Source of the DNA: an uncultured Defluviitaleaceae bacterium
GTDB lineage: Bacteria; Bacillota; Clostridia; Lachnospirales; WRAX01
Direction: 5' to 3'
Assembly (NCBI GenBank): GCA_964583165.1
Contig: CAZOVK010000004.1
Coordinates: forward strand, 785 to 64,784
DNA length: 64,000 nt
The notes beneath the pieces were generated by a model. The model was given only the letters and a program-made list of their open reading frames with translations, was not told the origin of the DNA and ran no database searches. Position 1 is the stretch's first letter. Every line of letters begins with the position of its first letter. Both the position numbers and the translations under genes were made by a program. Below, piece by piece: positions 29,250 through 39,506 of the stretch.

Positions 29250-29802
29250 GTTTGGTTTCATCATTAGCGAACAATCTGTTGCGGAACAGGTAGAGCACAA
29301 CGCCCGCGACAGCGCAAATTCCCAGACTTAAAAATCTATAATCCATAACAAATTGAGCGAGTGTTTGTGACACTACGGTTACGAGACTCAAGAAGTTTGT
29401 CACATAACCCTGTGCTACGGCCGAGAACGGTCTTACAAAATCGACATAAGCCGCCATTGACGGTACAGTCGAAAGAAAATCGAGAATCGCGCCGCTGTTC
29501 ATGAATACAACGAATACGCCGCCAAAGAGTACCGATACAATCGCGCAAATTACGTAAATCGCCATATCCGTATAACGCTGTGGTTGCGGAAGCTTATCAA
29601 TCGCCGCCATTACCCTGTTTTCAAAGCCATCCGGCGCGGTTTCTATCGCCATTGCCTCAAAGTCCAGCTTCATTGATGCGTACAGTTCAAATTCGCGCTT
29701 ACACTCTGCGCAAGTCGCCACATGCGCTTCAAGTTTCTTTTGTTCAGCCGCCGTCAGGCAACCGTCCAGATACTTCATCATTAAATCGTCATTACAGCCC
29801 AT
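29236..29802 (-). CDS. Zinc-binding (ZAS, zf-HC2) anti-sigma factor
   Basis: YLDG.L......LE.H...C..C (HVATCAEC) followed by TM helices. Confidence 0.9.
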   Translation of the reverse strand: MGCNDDLMMKYLDGCLTAAEQKKLEAHVATCAECKREFELYASMKLDFEAMAIETAPDGFENRVMAAIDKLPQPQRYTDMAIYVICAIVSVLFGGVFVVFMNSGAILDFLSTVPSMAAYVDFVRPFSAVAQGYVTNFLSLVTVVSQTLAQFVMDYRFLSLGICAVAGVVLYLFRNRLFANDETKHAED

Positions 29803-29825
29803 ATTTTTTCACCCCTTTTTGAGCT

Positions 29826-30386
29826 TTAATGTTCCAGTGCTAAAATCAAGTCTTTCAACATTTTCCGCCCGCGGAAAATTCTGTTTTTGACCTTAGAAAG
29901 CGGTTCTCCCGTTATGTCCGAAATCTCCTGATAACTAAGCCCTTGGCTGTGAAACAGCACAATCGGTATTTTGTACATATCGGGTAGGTTGTTTACAATG
30001 TCTACAAGCTCCGTGCGCCTTTCTTTCTCAACAGTCGCCGTTTCTGGCGAGTCTGTGTCGGAGGCCGGCAATTCAAACTCCATCTCGTCTATCGGCACGG
30101 TTTCTTGCTTGCGCTTGCGGCGGTAGTCAATGACGTGATTTGTCGTTATACGTATAACCCATGTCGAAAATTTATAGTCAGGGTAATATTTATCCAAACT
30201 CTTATAAAGCTTTATGAACACCTCTTGCGATAAATCCGCCGCGTCTTCACGGTTATTAACCATACGCAGAACGACCGAAAACACCAGATTCTTGTAGCGC
30301 TTCACAAGCTCCGCGAAATAGTCTTTATTGTCTTTCAGCGTTAGCTGAATTACCTCAAAATCAGAAAGGCTTGAACAGTCTTTCAC
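29826..30386 (-). CDS. ECF RNA polymerase sigma factor (SigW-like)
   Basis: DA.DL.QEVF, FSTW..RI..N...D..R, LSYQEIS...G....VK.RIFRGR; GTG start. Confidence 0.92.
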   Translation of the reverse strand: MKDCSSLSDFEVIQLTLKDNKDYFAELVKRYKNLVFSVVLRMVNNREDAADLSQEVFIKLYKSLDKYYPDYKFSTWVIRITTNHVIDYRRKRKQETVPIDEMEFELPASDTDSPETATVEKERRTELVDIVNNLPDMYKIPIVLFHSQGLSYQEISDITGEPLSKVKNRIFRGRKMLKDLILALEH

Positions 30387-30406
30387 TCAATCACCCCGCC
30401 TGTTCT

Positions 30407-30436
30407 TATATACGTACAAAAGCGGCGCATGTTTAA
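30407..30436 (-). promoter_or_regulatory. Putative autoregulatory ECF promoter
   Basis: Minus strand TTAAAC-N16-CGTATATA, resembling the SigW-type TGAAAC-N16-CGTA. Confidence 0.6.
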
Positions 30437-31362
30437 TAAATCTCTTCCGTTTCGTGAAATAATATCGTCTTAGTCATGCGGTCTTTTCCGATATGGCTGT
30501 TTACATAGACTTTCCGCGCGTTTTGAAGAAATTCTTGCGGGTTTGTCATGGCGGGCGAGAAGTGCGTTAGCCAAAGCTCTGCTGCATTCGCCTCTAAAGC
30601 CAGTTCGGCGGCTTCGCGGAAAATCATGTGCTTATGCGCCTTAATTCTGTCGTAGCGTTCCTCATCACCTATCATGCCCTCGCAAATGAACAAATCAGAA
30701 TTTTCGGCAAACGCGGGTATGTCGAGAGTAGGTCGCGTGTCGGTTATATAACACAGCTTTATCCCACGCCTAGTGTCGCCTAAAACCATATCGGGCGTAT
30801 AGATTTTTCCATTATGTTCTATTGTTTCTCCCTTTTGTAGCAGTGACCAAAACTGAACGGGCAAATCCAGCTTCTTGGCTTTGTCTATGTCAAACTTACC
30901 AATCCGCTTTAAGTAGAAAGAATATCCCAAGCACGTCATTCTGTGGTCAAGCGGCAAGGCGCGAACCTCTAACCCCGCAAGATTTAACGGTTCATCCGTG
31001 CCTGTTTTTGGTATCTCGATGATATTGATGTTATATGGCAATTCAGGCGTAATTACACACAAACCCGCAACAACACTCCCAATCCCGGGTGGCCCGACAA
31101 TCGTCATCGGTTCTTCACGCCCGCTGTTACCAATCGTAAGTAACAACCCCGGCAAGCCCGACACATGGTCAGCATGGAAATGGGTCACGCAAATAACGCC
31201 GATATTCTTGAAGCCCCAGCCCAAGAGTTTCAGCGATACTTGCGTGCCCTCTCCACAGTCAACAAGCACCATCTGACCATTCGAGCGAATCAACAGCGAA
31301 GCCAAATAACGGTTCGGCAGGGGCATCATACCGCCCGTGCCGACCAAAGCAATATCCAACAT
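30433..31362 (-). CDS. rnz: Ribonuclease Z
   Basis: GTGG..P...R, DCGEGTQ, THFHADH, flexible arm, TDTRP, THFS. Confidence 0.93.
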   Translation of the reverse strand: MLDIALVGTGGMMPLPNRYLASLLIRSNGQMVLVDCGEGTQVSLKLLGWGFKNIGVICVTHFHADHVSGLPGLLLTIGNSGREEPMTIVGPPGIGSVVAGLCVITPELPYNINIIEIPKTGTDEPLNLAGLEVRALPLDHRMTCLGYSFYLKRIGKFDIDKAKKLDLPVQFWSLLQKGETIEHNGKIYTPDMVLGDTRRGIKLCYITDTRPTLDIPAFAENSDLFICEGMIGDEERYDRIKAHKHMIFREAAELALEANAAELWLTHFSPAMTNPQEFLQNARKVYVNSHIGKDRMTKTILFHETEEIY

Positions 31363-31380
31363 AATACATCCTACTTAAAA

Positions 31381-32895
31381 CTAATTTTCTACGGGTTTCA
31401 TAGTCGGGAAGAACAGCACGTCACGAATTGAATGTGAGTTCGTCAACAGCATTACCAATCTGTCAATCCCAATACCAAGCCCGCCCGTCGGGGGCATACC
31501 ATATTCCAGAGCAAGCAAAAAGTCTTCATCAAGCGGGTTCGCTTCGTCGTCGCCCATCTGGCGCATCTGCTCTTGCCGCTCAAAACGCTTACGCTGGTCA
31601 ATCGGGTCGTTTAACTCCGAATACGCGTTCGCGAACTCACGGCATGTAATGAACAACTCGAAACGCTCCGTATAGTCGGGGTTATCGGGTTTGCGCTTCG
31701 TCAACGGCGAAATTTCTACAGGGTGGTCGAGTATGAATGTCGGCTGAACGAGCTTGTCCTCAACATACATCTCGAACAAGTCATTAAGTATATTCCCTTT
31801 GCCGTATGTCTTCTTAACTTGTATGTTATGCTTCTTCGCGATTTCAACGGCCTGCTCCATAGTATGGACTTCCGAAAAATCAATCCCCGCGTATTGCTTG
31901 ACCGCGTCAACCATAGTTATTTTCGCAAAAGGCTTCGAGAAATCCAACTCAAACTCGCCGTATTTAATAATAGGCGAATCGAACAAATCAGCTACAAGCT
32001 TCTTAATCAGACTTTCCGTCAGTTCCATCATACCATAATAGTCTGTGTAGGCCTGATAGAGTTCAAGCATTGTAAATTCAGGGTTATGCGTAATATCCAT
32101 ACCCTCATTGCGGAAACAACGCCCGAGTTCATACACACGCTCCATGCCGCCCACAATTAGACGCTTTAACGGCAATTCGAGTGCGATACGCATGAACATG
32201 CCCAAATCAAGTGTGTTATGGTGGGTCATGAACGGTCTTGCCGTGCCACCGCCCGCGAGTGTTTGAAGTACAGGCGTTTCGGCTTCAAGGAAACCGCGGT
32301 TGTCCAAGAAGTTGCGTACACCCTTGATTATTTGAGCGCGCTTTACAAACGTGTCGCGTACTTCGGGATTCACAATCAAATCAAGATAGCGGCGGCGATA
32401 TCTAAGTTCTTTGTCGCTCAAACCGTGAAACTTCTCGGGCAGAACGTGAAGGCTCTTTGACAGTAACGTCAAACTGTCTGCGTGTATAGAAATTTCGCCC
32501 TTTTGTGTACGAAACACTTTACCGACCACACCAAAAATATCGCCCAAGTCCGCTTTCTTAAACTCGTCATAATTCTCATCACCGAGTTCATTCTTGCGAA
32601 CATAGACTTGTATGCGACCTTTGGCATCGGCTATATCAATGAAACTGGCCTTGCCCATAATACGGCGCGTCATCATGCGCCCCGCTATACTTACGGTCTT
32701 GCCTTCGTAATTCTCAAAATCATTATGAATAACCGCGCTGTGTGCATCTGTGTCAAACTTGACTATATGAAACGGGTCATTACCCGCTTCTTGAAGCCGC
32801 GCAAGCTTTTCACGCCTTATTCGCGACTGTTCGCTGAGTTCTTCGGCGGAAGGTTCGACAGCTTGTAAAACCTCCGTGTTGTCGTTAGGTTCCAT
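31381..32895 (-). CDS. lysS: Lysine--tRNA ligase (class II)
   Basis: [20 protein letters not shown]...[24 protein letters not shown]. Confidence 0.98.
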   Translation of the reverse strand: MEPNDNTEVLQAVEPSAEELSEQSRIRREKLARLQEAGNDPFHIVKFDTDAHSAVIHNDFENYEGKTVSIAGRMMTRRIMGKASFIDIADAKGRIQVYVRKNELGDENYDEFKKADLGDIFGVVGKVFRTQKGEISIHADSLTLLSKSLHVLPEKFHGLSDKELRYRRRYLDLIVNPEVRDTFVKRAQIIKGVRNFLDNRGFLEAETPVLQTLAGGGTARPFMTHHNTLDLGMFMRIALELPLKRLIVGGMERVYELGRCFRNEGMDITHNPEFTMLELYQAYTDYYGMMELTESLIKKLVADLFDSPIIKYGEFELDFSKPFAKITMVDAVKQYAGIDFSEVHTMEQAVEIAKKHNIQVKKTYGKGNILNDLFEMYVEDKLVQPTFILDHPVEISPLTKRKPDNPDYTERFELFITCREFANAYSELNDPIDQRKRFERQEQMRQMGDDEANPLDEDFLLALEYGMPPTGGLGIGIDRLVMLLTNSHSIRDVLFFPTMKPVEN

Positions 32896-32903
32896 AATCT
32901 CTC

Positions 32904-33377
32904 CTATTTAATTTCCATAATCTCAAATTCGAGTGTGCCGGCGGGGGCTTCTATCGTTACAACTTCGCCCTGTTTTTTGCCAAGAAGAGCAAGCCCTAGC
33001 GGACTTTCGTTAGAAATACGCCCGGCTGCGGGGTCGGCTTCGGCCGAACCGACAAGCGTGTATGTTTCTACCTCGTTAAACTCTTTATCAAGCAGTGTAA
33101 CCGTGCTGCCAAAGCCGATTACGTCCTTGTCTATATCTTCTTCATCAATGACAACGGCGTTTGCGAGCATCTTTTCGAGCGCAACGATACGCGCCTCAAT
33201 CTCCGCTTGTTCTTCCTTCGCGGAATCATATTCGGCGTTTTCGCTCAAGTCACCTTGACCGCGTGCCTCTTTAATTTTATCGGCAACTTCCTTACGTTTT
33301 ATTGTTTTAAGCACGCGCAGTTCTTCCTGTCGTGCTTTCAAGCCATCGTATGTTAATACTGTCTTCTTATCAGACAC
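32904..33377 (-). CDS. greA: Transcription elongation factor GreA
   Basis: [17 protein letters not shown]; GTG start at 33377 with GGAGG RBS. Confidence 0.96.
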   Translation of the reverse strand: MSDKKTVLTYDGLKARQEELRVLKTIKRKEVADKIKEARGQGDLSENAEYDSAKEEQAEIEARIVALEKMLANAVVIDEEDIDKDVIGFGSTVTLLDKEFNEVETYTLVGSAEADPAAGRISNESPLGLALLGKKQGEVVTIEAPAGTLEFEIMEIK

Positions 33378-33405
33378 AGTAACATCTCCCTCCATTATCC
33401 TTTGC

Positions 33406-33434
33406 ATTATATATGAAGTAACAAGTATTGTCAA
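33406..33434 (-). promoter_or_regulatory. sigmaA promoter of greA-lysS-rnz
   Basis: Perfect TTGACA-N17-TATAAT on the minus strand. Confidence 0.85.
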
Positions 33435-33445
33435 TTAGAAAAACA

Positions 33446-33471
33446 GCAACTCGGCGAATCAACCGAGTTGC
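33446..33471 (-). terminator. Terminator after pfk
   Basis: GCAACTCGG-N8-CCGAGTTGC stem followed by a T-run on the minus strand. Confidence 0.75.
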
Positions 33472-33503
33472 CTATATTTTAGCGGGTTATTTCAAATATA
33501 TCC

Positions 33504-34733
33504 CTATTTTCTGAACGCCATCATATTCTGGCAGTTTATCAGCCCGTCATCATCGAAAACGTCCACTTTGCCCGCAATGAGGGGGGCGGCATAACTGTAG
33601 AACCCTTCCTTGATTGAGCAAAGGTTTTCGCCAACCCATTCTTTCGGGAAGTATTTCACGCGGTTTCTGACTTCTGAAAGCGGGGCTTTCTGAATGCCAC
33701 ATGAATACACTTCGCCCGGTTCGCGAACAAGCGCCGCCATATAACCTGTTTCGCCGTCAATGGCAAGCTGTGCCGCCGTGCGCCCGGCGAGTTCAGCTTC
33801 ACGTAGGTCATTGCCCGAAACGGCGTGCATTGCGCAGCGCTGCATTACGTTAAGTTCAAGGGCGCGAACGTCAATATCGAAGTGTGATTTAATCATACGG
33901 CGCAGGGTTTTTCCGATACCGCCCAACTTAACATGCCCAAAGCTGTCCGCTACATCCGCGATATTGATGTAGTGGCCGTTCTCATACCTAATGCCCTCAC
34001 TGGCGACAATCATGACATAACGGCTACGTGTGAGCGCGTCTTCAACGTCTTTTATGAAGCGGTTGTCGTCAAAGAAGACTTCGGGTAGATAGATGAGGTG
34101 CTCCATGCCGCCGATTTTTCTTGCGGCGAGGGCAGACGAGGCGGTGAGCCAACCCGTGTCACGCCCCATAGCTTCAATAATGGCAATCTGTTTCTTGGGG
34201 TAACTGGAAATGTCATAATACACCTCGGCCGTGGTGTTCGCAACATATTTCGCCGCTGAACCAAAGCCCGGGCAGTGGTCAGTAATTTCTAGGTCATTGT
34301 CAATCGTCTTGGGCACGCCCATTACATGCAGGTCAATGCCGGCTTCACGAGCCATGCGGTCGATTTTATAACATGAGTCCATGCTGTCGTTGCCGCCGAT
34401 ATAGAAGAAATACTTGATGTCGAATTTCTTGAAGATGTCAAGCAAACGCGCATAGTCGCCGCCCGTAGTTGACGATTCGTCAGCGAGCTTATAGCGGCAA
34501 GAACCAAACGCCGCGCTCGGCATAAACGGGAGTTTAGCGAACACATTGGGGTCCATAGTGGTTACGTTGTGGAGATTGCCCTCTAAGATGCCCTGAACGC
34601 CGTGAACACCGCCGTAAACCGTGATACTCGGGTCGGTTTCAAGAAAAGTCTTGATGACGCCGTAAGCCGAGGCGTTAATAACAGCCGTCGGCCCGCCGGA
34701 TTGAGCTATGATGCAGTTGCCCTTTAGTTTCAT
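33504..34733 (-). CDS. Phosphofructokinase, probably PPi-dependent
   Basis: QSGGPTAVIN, GGNDS (Asp signature), PKTIDND (Lys signature), MGR. Confidence 0.88.
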   Translation of the reverse strand: MKLKGNCIIAQSGGPTAVINASAYGVIKTFLETDPSITVYGGVHGVQGILEGNLHNVTTMDPNVFAKLPFMPSAAFGSCRYKLADESSTTGGDYARLLDIFKKFDIKYFFYIGGNDSMDSCYKIDRMAREAGIDLHVMGVPKTIDNDLEITDHCPGFGSAAKYVANTTAEVYYDISSYPKKQIAIIEAMGRDTGWLTASSALAARKIGGMEHLIYLPEVFFDDNRFIKDVEDALTRSRYVMIVASEGIRYENGHYINIADVADSFGHVKLGGIGKTLRRMIKSHFDIDVRALELNVMQRCAMHAVSGNDLREAELAGRTAAQLAIDGETGYMAALVREPGEVYSCGIQKAPLSEVRNRVKYFPKEWVGENLCSIKEGFYSYAAPLIAGKVDVFDDDGLINCQNMMAFRK

Positions 34734-34757
34734 GCCAAATCCCCCCAGATTTAGTTG

Positions 34758-35468
34758 CTATTTCACTGTGTTCAGCGCAATCTTCATCATGTTTGTGAAG
34801 CTCTTTTCACGCTCTTCGGTCGTCGTGTATTCTTCACGGAAAATGAGGTCAGAAACTGTGAGCATACAAAGTGCCTTCTTGCCCGCGCGTGCGGCGTTCA
34901 TGTAGAGGGCGGCGGCTTCCATTTCGACGGCGAGGATGCCCATCTTGTGCCATAACTTCATATTGTCGTCGTAGTCGTCATAGAATGTGTCGCTGGACAG
35001 AATATTACCCACATACACGGGGATATTCAGAGCCTTAGCCGCGTCAACAGCGCCAGAAAGCAATTCATATGAGCAAGTCGGCGCGTATGTGCCGGGCAGG
35101 TTATATTGACGCACGAAGTTCGAGTTAGTCGAAGCCGCCATGCCGATTACCACGTCATAGAGGTTTAGGTGTTCAGCCAAGGCTCCGCATGAGCCGATAC
35201 GGATGCAGTTTTCTACGCCAAAGAAGTTCATAAGCTCATACGAATAAATCCCGATAGACGGCATACCCATGCCTGTGCCCATGACAGAGATTTCGCGCCC
35301 TTCATAAGTGCCCGTATAACCGAGAATGTTTCTGACGGCGTTGAATTGCTTGGGGTTGTCGAGGAAGGTTTCGGCGATAAACTTCGCGCGGAGTGGGTCA
35401 CCCGGGAGCAGAACGGTTTTTGCGATTGGAGCTGTTGGGTTTATGTGCGGTGTGCTTTTAATTTCCAT
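34758..35468 (-). CDS. deoD: Purine nucleoside phosphorylase DeoD
   Basis: TPHI, LPGDPLRAK, GMGMPS.GIY, RIGSCG, VEMEAA; ATG 35468 with AGGAGG. Confidence 0.96.
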   Translation of the reverse strand: MEIKSTPHINPTAPIAKTVLLPGDPLRAKFIAETFLDNPKQFNAVRNILGYTGTYEGREISVMGTGMGMPSIGIYSYELMNFFGVENCIRIGSCGALAEHLNLYDVVIGMAASTNSNFVRQYNLPGTYAPTCSYELLSGAVDAAKALNIPVYVGNILSSDTFYDDYDDNMKLWHKMGILAVEMEAAALYMNAARAGKKALCMLTVSDLIFREEYTTTEEREKSFTNMMKIALNTVK

Positions 35469-35594
35469 TATAATCCTCCTGAAAATACAGTATTTGTGAG
35501 TATTATATATGTACAAACCATTATAGTCAATAGTCTTTGGGCATTTGGGCAAAATTTGTTGTAATACTTGATAAACCATCTCGTCCGCAATCTA

Positions 35595-35623
35595 TTGACA
35601 AAGGGGCGTTTTTAGTGTTTAAT
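35595..35623 (+). promoter_or_regulatory. sigmaA promoter of the PAS-MCP gene
   Basis: TTGACA-N17-TTTAAT. Confidence 0.55.
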
Positions 35624-35652
35624 TATGATATGTATGAAACGGGAGGGATAGT

Positions 35653-37512
35653 TTGAACTTAGCAGGTTTTGAACGTGCGGTTAAGGCCCTGACAACAAGG
35701 TGTACGACTATTTTAGTGGGTTTGGTTGCGGTTTTGGGCATTTTAGCAGTTTTGTTCGCGCTTGTGCCCGGGGTTAATCTGATTATTGTTATTGCTTCGG
35801 TCGTTATAGTCATTGTGGTGGCGATTGTTGTTATGGCAATGTGTTCAAGTGGTGTGAAAAAGCGTTTTACGCAAGCACAGGCGACACTTAATCAGGTTGT
35901 ATCCGGCGGTGAGATGCTGGGCAACAACAATGCTGACGACATCTTGGATATTTCGGAGCTTCGTGGGGTCACACAGGGGATTCTGGACGAATTGTATCGC
36001 TTACGTGATGAACGCGCTAAAGGCAATCTTGTTTACCATACCGATACAAAACGGTTTAACGGGGTTTATGCCGCGATTTTAGGCGCGGCGATTGATGCTG
36101 TTGACGCAAGCGGCGCAACACTGTCGGCTGTAAATGCGGCGGCTAAGGGTCTTGTTGACGGGAAGATTAGCGATGACCTCATAAAAACAGTAGCTAACCC
36201 CAGCGAAGCGCTGTTGACTCTTGAAACACTCAGAAAACAACTTGTATCTGTTGTTGCGAGTGTTGAGCAGGTAAAAGCTGAAGTGGCTTCGGGGCATTTC
36301 AGTTCTGACAGCTATGAAAAGGCATTCCCGGGGGTATTCAGACCCATTCTTGCGAATCTGCAAACCATTTCTGATAATGTGCGCAGTAAAAATTTCTGGT
36401 ATGAGGGTATGCTCAACGCGATACCGTTCCCGATTTCTGTCACGGACATCGACATGAACTGGACGTTTATTAACACACCTGTTGAGAAAATGTTGGGTGT
36501 AAAACGCGCGGACATGGTGGGCAGGCATTGCAGTAACTGGGGCGCGGGCATCTGTAAGACCGAGAATTGCGGCGTTACATGCCTTAAACGCGGTAAAACC
36601 CAGACTTTCTTCTCACAGGGCGGCGGATACTTCCAAGTCAATTCTGATTTCTTGTATAACGAACAGGGCGATAAGGTCGGTCATATCGAGGTTGTTCAAG
36701 ATATCACGGCTCTTCAAGACTTTGAATCTAAGCACACATTTATCGAACAGATTAACGAATCCATGCGGCAATTCAGCTCGGTTGCGTCTACGCTTTCTTC
36801 CAGTAGCCAACAGACAGCTGAGGGCGCGAATACGCAATCACAGCTTATAAACACTCTTGCGCATTCGATTATGGACTTGCTCGAACGCGCCTCACAGACG
36901 GGCGGTCTTGCGCATCAAGCATCTCAATCGACACGTGAAATCCGCGTCAAGGCAGAGCAGGGAAATGCCCAGATGAAGAATATGCTCCAGTCTGTCAGCG
37001 ATATGAGCGAGGCGAACCGCTCGATTTATAACATTATCAAAAACATTCAGGATATCGCCTTCCAGACGAACATTCTTGCGCTGAACGCTTCCATCGAAGC
37101 GGCGCGCGCGGGCGCGGCAGGCAAGGGCTTTGTTGTAGTAGCCGAGGAGGTTCGAAATCTCGCGACAATGAGCAGTGTAGCCGCCGAGGACAGTAGCCGC
37201 CTTATCGGCAATTCTTTGGAGAAGGCCGCCGTTAGCGAACGCATCGTGAGCGATACCATTGAAAGCTTCGGCAATATTGTCGAAGGTATCATGGCCAGTG
37301 ACGCGAACACACAGAGTATCGCGACTTCGGCAGAATCACAGGTTGAGATTATCGAAAAAATCAATCAGGATATAGCGCGGATTCTTCAAATCGTTCAGCA
37401 AAACTCCGCTTCGGCAGAAGAAAGCGCCGCCGCAAGCGAAGAATTGTCCAGTCAGGTTATGAGCTTGCAACAAGAGGCTGACAGGTTCCTTGATGAAGCC
37501 AAGAAGAAATAA
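35653..37512 (+). CDS. Methyl-accepting chemotaxis protein with Cys-rich PAS domain
   Basis: N-terminal TM hairpin, degenerate HAMP-like segments, PAS (LNAIPFPISVTD...IEVVQDIT), IAFQTNILALNASIEAARAG. Confidence 0.9.
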   Translation: MNLAGFERAVKALTTRCTTILVGLVAVLGILAVLFALVPGVNLIIVIASVVIVIVVAIVVMAMCSSGVKKRFTQAQATLNQVVSGGEMLGNNNADDILDISELRGVTQGILDELYRLRDERAKGNLVYHTDTKRFNGVYAAILGAAIDAVDASGATLSAVNAAAKGLVDGKISDDLIKTVANPSEALLTLETLRKQLVSVVASVEQVKAEVASGHFSSDSYEKAFPGVFRPILANLQTISDNVRSKNFWYEGMLNAIPFPISVTDIDMNWTFINTPVEKMLGVKRADMVGRHCSNWGAGICKTENCGVTCLKRGKTQTFFSQGGGYFQVNSDFLYNEQGDKVGHIEVVQDITALQDFESKHTFIEQINESMRQFSSVASTLSSSSQQTAEGANTQSQLINTLAHSIMDLLERASQTGGLAHQASQSTREIRVKAEQGNAQMKNMLQSVSDMSEANRSIYNIIKNIQDIAFQTNILALNASIEAARAGAAGKGFVVVAEEVRNLATMSSVAAEDSSRLIGNSLEKAAVSERIVSDTIESFGNIVEGIMASDANTQSIATSAESQVEIIEKINQDIARILQIVQQNSASAEESAAASEELSSQVMSLQQEADRFLDEAKKK

Positions 37513-37530
37513 TTAACGATAAGTAATATG

Positions 37531-37573
37531 AAAAGCGCGTTGCGGTGTATGAATTGCCGTGACGCGCTTTTTT
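37531..37573 (+). terminator. Intrinsic terminator after the MCP gene
   Basis: AAAAGCGCGTTGCGG...CCGTGACGCGCTTTTTT. Confidence 0.75.
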
Positions 37574-37631
37574 GTCATATAATCCAAGCCCTGCGCAGTA
37601 TATTGATATTTATAGCGGGGGGAGTGGCACA

Positions 37632-39455
37632 ATGAGAAATAACACCGCAACAAGGGTTCTTTTAGCAGGAAACCCGAATGTCGGAAAGAGCACTGTATTT
37701 AACGCGCTAACGGGCATGAACCAACACACGGGCAACTGGGCGGGTAAAACCGTCGTCAGTGCTTCGGGCGAATATATTCACGCAAACAGGCATGTGGCTG
37801 TTGTTGACCTACCCGGCACATATTCGCTTGAAGCCGAATCACCCGACGAACGCGCGGCAACCGATATGCTTGAAGCTTCAGCGGATTTGGTTGTTATTGT
37901 GGTTGATGCGCTGGCTTTGGGTAGAAATTTATTGCTTGCGCTCCAGATTAGGCAACTGGGCTGTCGGGCATTACTGTGTGTGAATTTCATGAATGTCGCT
38001 AAGGCAAAGGGCGTTTCTATAGATTTGGAATTGCTTAGCAAAGAAACAGGCATCCCGGCTATTGGCATCTCAGCGCGTGATAAAAGGTCTACACCGTACA
38101 TTAAAGATGAGATAGAAAGAGCCATTTATATGGATATGCCCAATTGCACTACCGTTGGCGCTTCGACAAGTGTTTTAATCGCCCGTGCAAACGAAATCGC
38201 CGAAGCGGTGACACATAAGGGCAACACACCGACAACAAGACTGGATAGGCGCATTGACAGTTTTGTCACTGGTAAGAAAACAGGTCTGTTTGTGACGATA
38301 CTGCTTCTGCTCGTTATTCTTTGGCTGACTATAGCCGCCGCGAACAAGCCTTCCGAAATGCTCGGGGAGTTGTTTGGCGGTTGGGAGGGGTGGTTACGTG
38401 CCAATATAGCGCCCTTACTGCCGATGTGGTTGGTTGGGGCGTTGATTGACGGCATGTATAAGACGCTCGCGTGGGTTGTGGCGGTTATGTTGCCACCGAT
38501 GGCGATTTTCTTCCCTATGTTTACGATATTGGAGGACTCGGGTGTTCTCCCGCGTATCGCCTTCAACCTTGATAACTATTTCAAGAAAGCTGGCGCTCAT
38601 GGCAAAATGAGCCTCTGCATGTGTATGGGGCTGGGCTGTAACGCTGTCGGCGTGTCGAGTTGCAATATTATCGATTCAGAGCGTGAACGCCTGTTGGCTG
38701 TTGTCACGAACAACTTCATACCGTGTAATGGGCGTTTTCCTGCGGTGATTCTGCTTTGCGGCATACTTGCGAACGCGCTTTTTGGCTCCACAAATGCGTT
38801 TATAACCTCGATGTTCGTGCTGGCGGTTCTGATTTTCTCTGTTATGATAACACTTTTGGTAACCCGTATATTGAGCGCGACAGCTTTTAAGGGTATGAAT
38901 TCGCACTTTTACCTCGAACTTCCCCCATACCGCACGCCCGACTTCAAAGCCATTCTAGTCAGAAGCCTGTTTGACCGCACGTTGAAGGTGTTGTTACGCG
39001 CTATTGTTGTCGCGGCTCCTGCTGGGGTTGTTATCTGGGTGTTGCAAAACACAGCGATTGATGGTATAAATATACTTGGACACATGTCGAATTTTCTTGA
39101 ACCGGCTGGGTTATTGCTCGGGCTTAACGGCGTGATTTTGACGGCATTCATTTTGGGCTTGCCTGCGAACGAGATAGTTATACCGCTGATTCTGATGATG
39201 ACGGTTGGTAACACTGCGCTTACGGAATTTGATGCACGGACTGTGGCAGGGGTACTTTCGGGTAATGGCTTCGGGTTATTGACGGTGTTATGTATGTTGA
39301 TATTCTTCTTAAATCACTACCCATGCGCGACGACACTGTTAACAATTCGACGCGAAACAGGCAGTATCAAGCAGACGGCGCTAGCGTTTATCATACCTAC
39401 CATAGTGGGTTGTATACTCTGCTTTACCGTAAATCTTTTCGGTAAACTATTCTAA
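37632..39455 (+). CDS. feoB: Ferrous iron transporter FeoB paralog
   Basis: GNPNVGKST, NW.GKTV, DLPG, LEDSG.LPR.AF, G.GC, FIPCNGR, ELPPYR.P, PC.TT; ATG 37632. Confidence 0.88.
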   Translation: MRNNTATRVLLAGNPNVGKSTVFNALTGMNQHTGNWAGKTVVSASGEYIHANRHVAVVDLPGTYSLEAESPDERAATDMLEASADLVVIVVDALALGRNLLLALQIRQLGCRALLCVNFMNVAKAKGVSIDLELLSKETGIPAIGISARDKRSTPYIKDEIERAIYMDMPNCTTVGASTSVLIARANEIAEAVTHKGNTPTTRLDRRIDSFVTGKKTGLFVTILLLLVILWLTIAAANKPSEMLGELFGGWEGWLRANIAPLLPMWLVGALIDGMYKTLAWVVAVMLPPMAIFFPMFTILEDSGVLPRIAFNLDNYFKKAGAHGKMSLCMCMGLGCNAVGVSSCNIIDSERERLLAVVTNNFIPCNGRFPAVILLCGILANALFGSTNAFITSMFVLAVLIFSVMITLLVTRILSATAFKGMNSHFYLELPPYRTPDFKAILVRSLFDRTLKVLLRAIVVAAPAGVVIWVLQNTAIDGINILGHMSNFLEPAGLLLGLNGVILTAFILGLPANEIVIPLILMMTVGNTALTEFDARTVAGVLSGNGFGLLTVLCMLIFFLNHYPCATTLLTIRRETGSIKQTALAFIIPTIVGCILCFTVNLFGKLF

Positions 39456-39478
39456 ATCACGACAGTTTCGCATATAAT
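39451..39478 (+). promoter_or_regulatory. sigmaE-type promoter of ylmC
   Basis: TCTAAA-N14-CATATAAT. Confidence 0.6.
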
Positions 39479-39506
39479 GGCGATAATCTGAATTTGGGTG
39501 ATTCTT

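Noticed and set aside
37574-37606. sigmaE/sigmaG promoter for feoB
   Set aside because: The -10 match and spacing are too poor to call.
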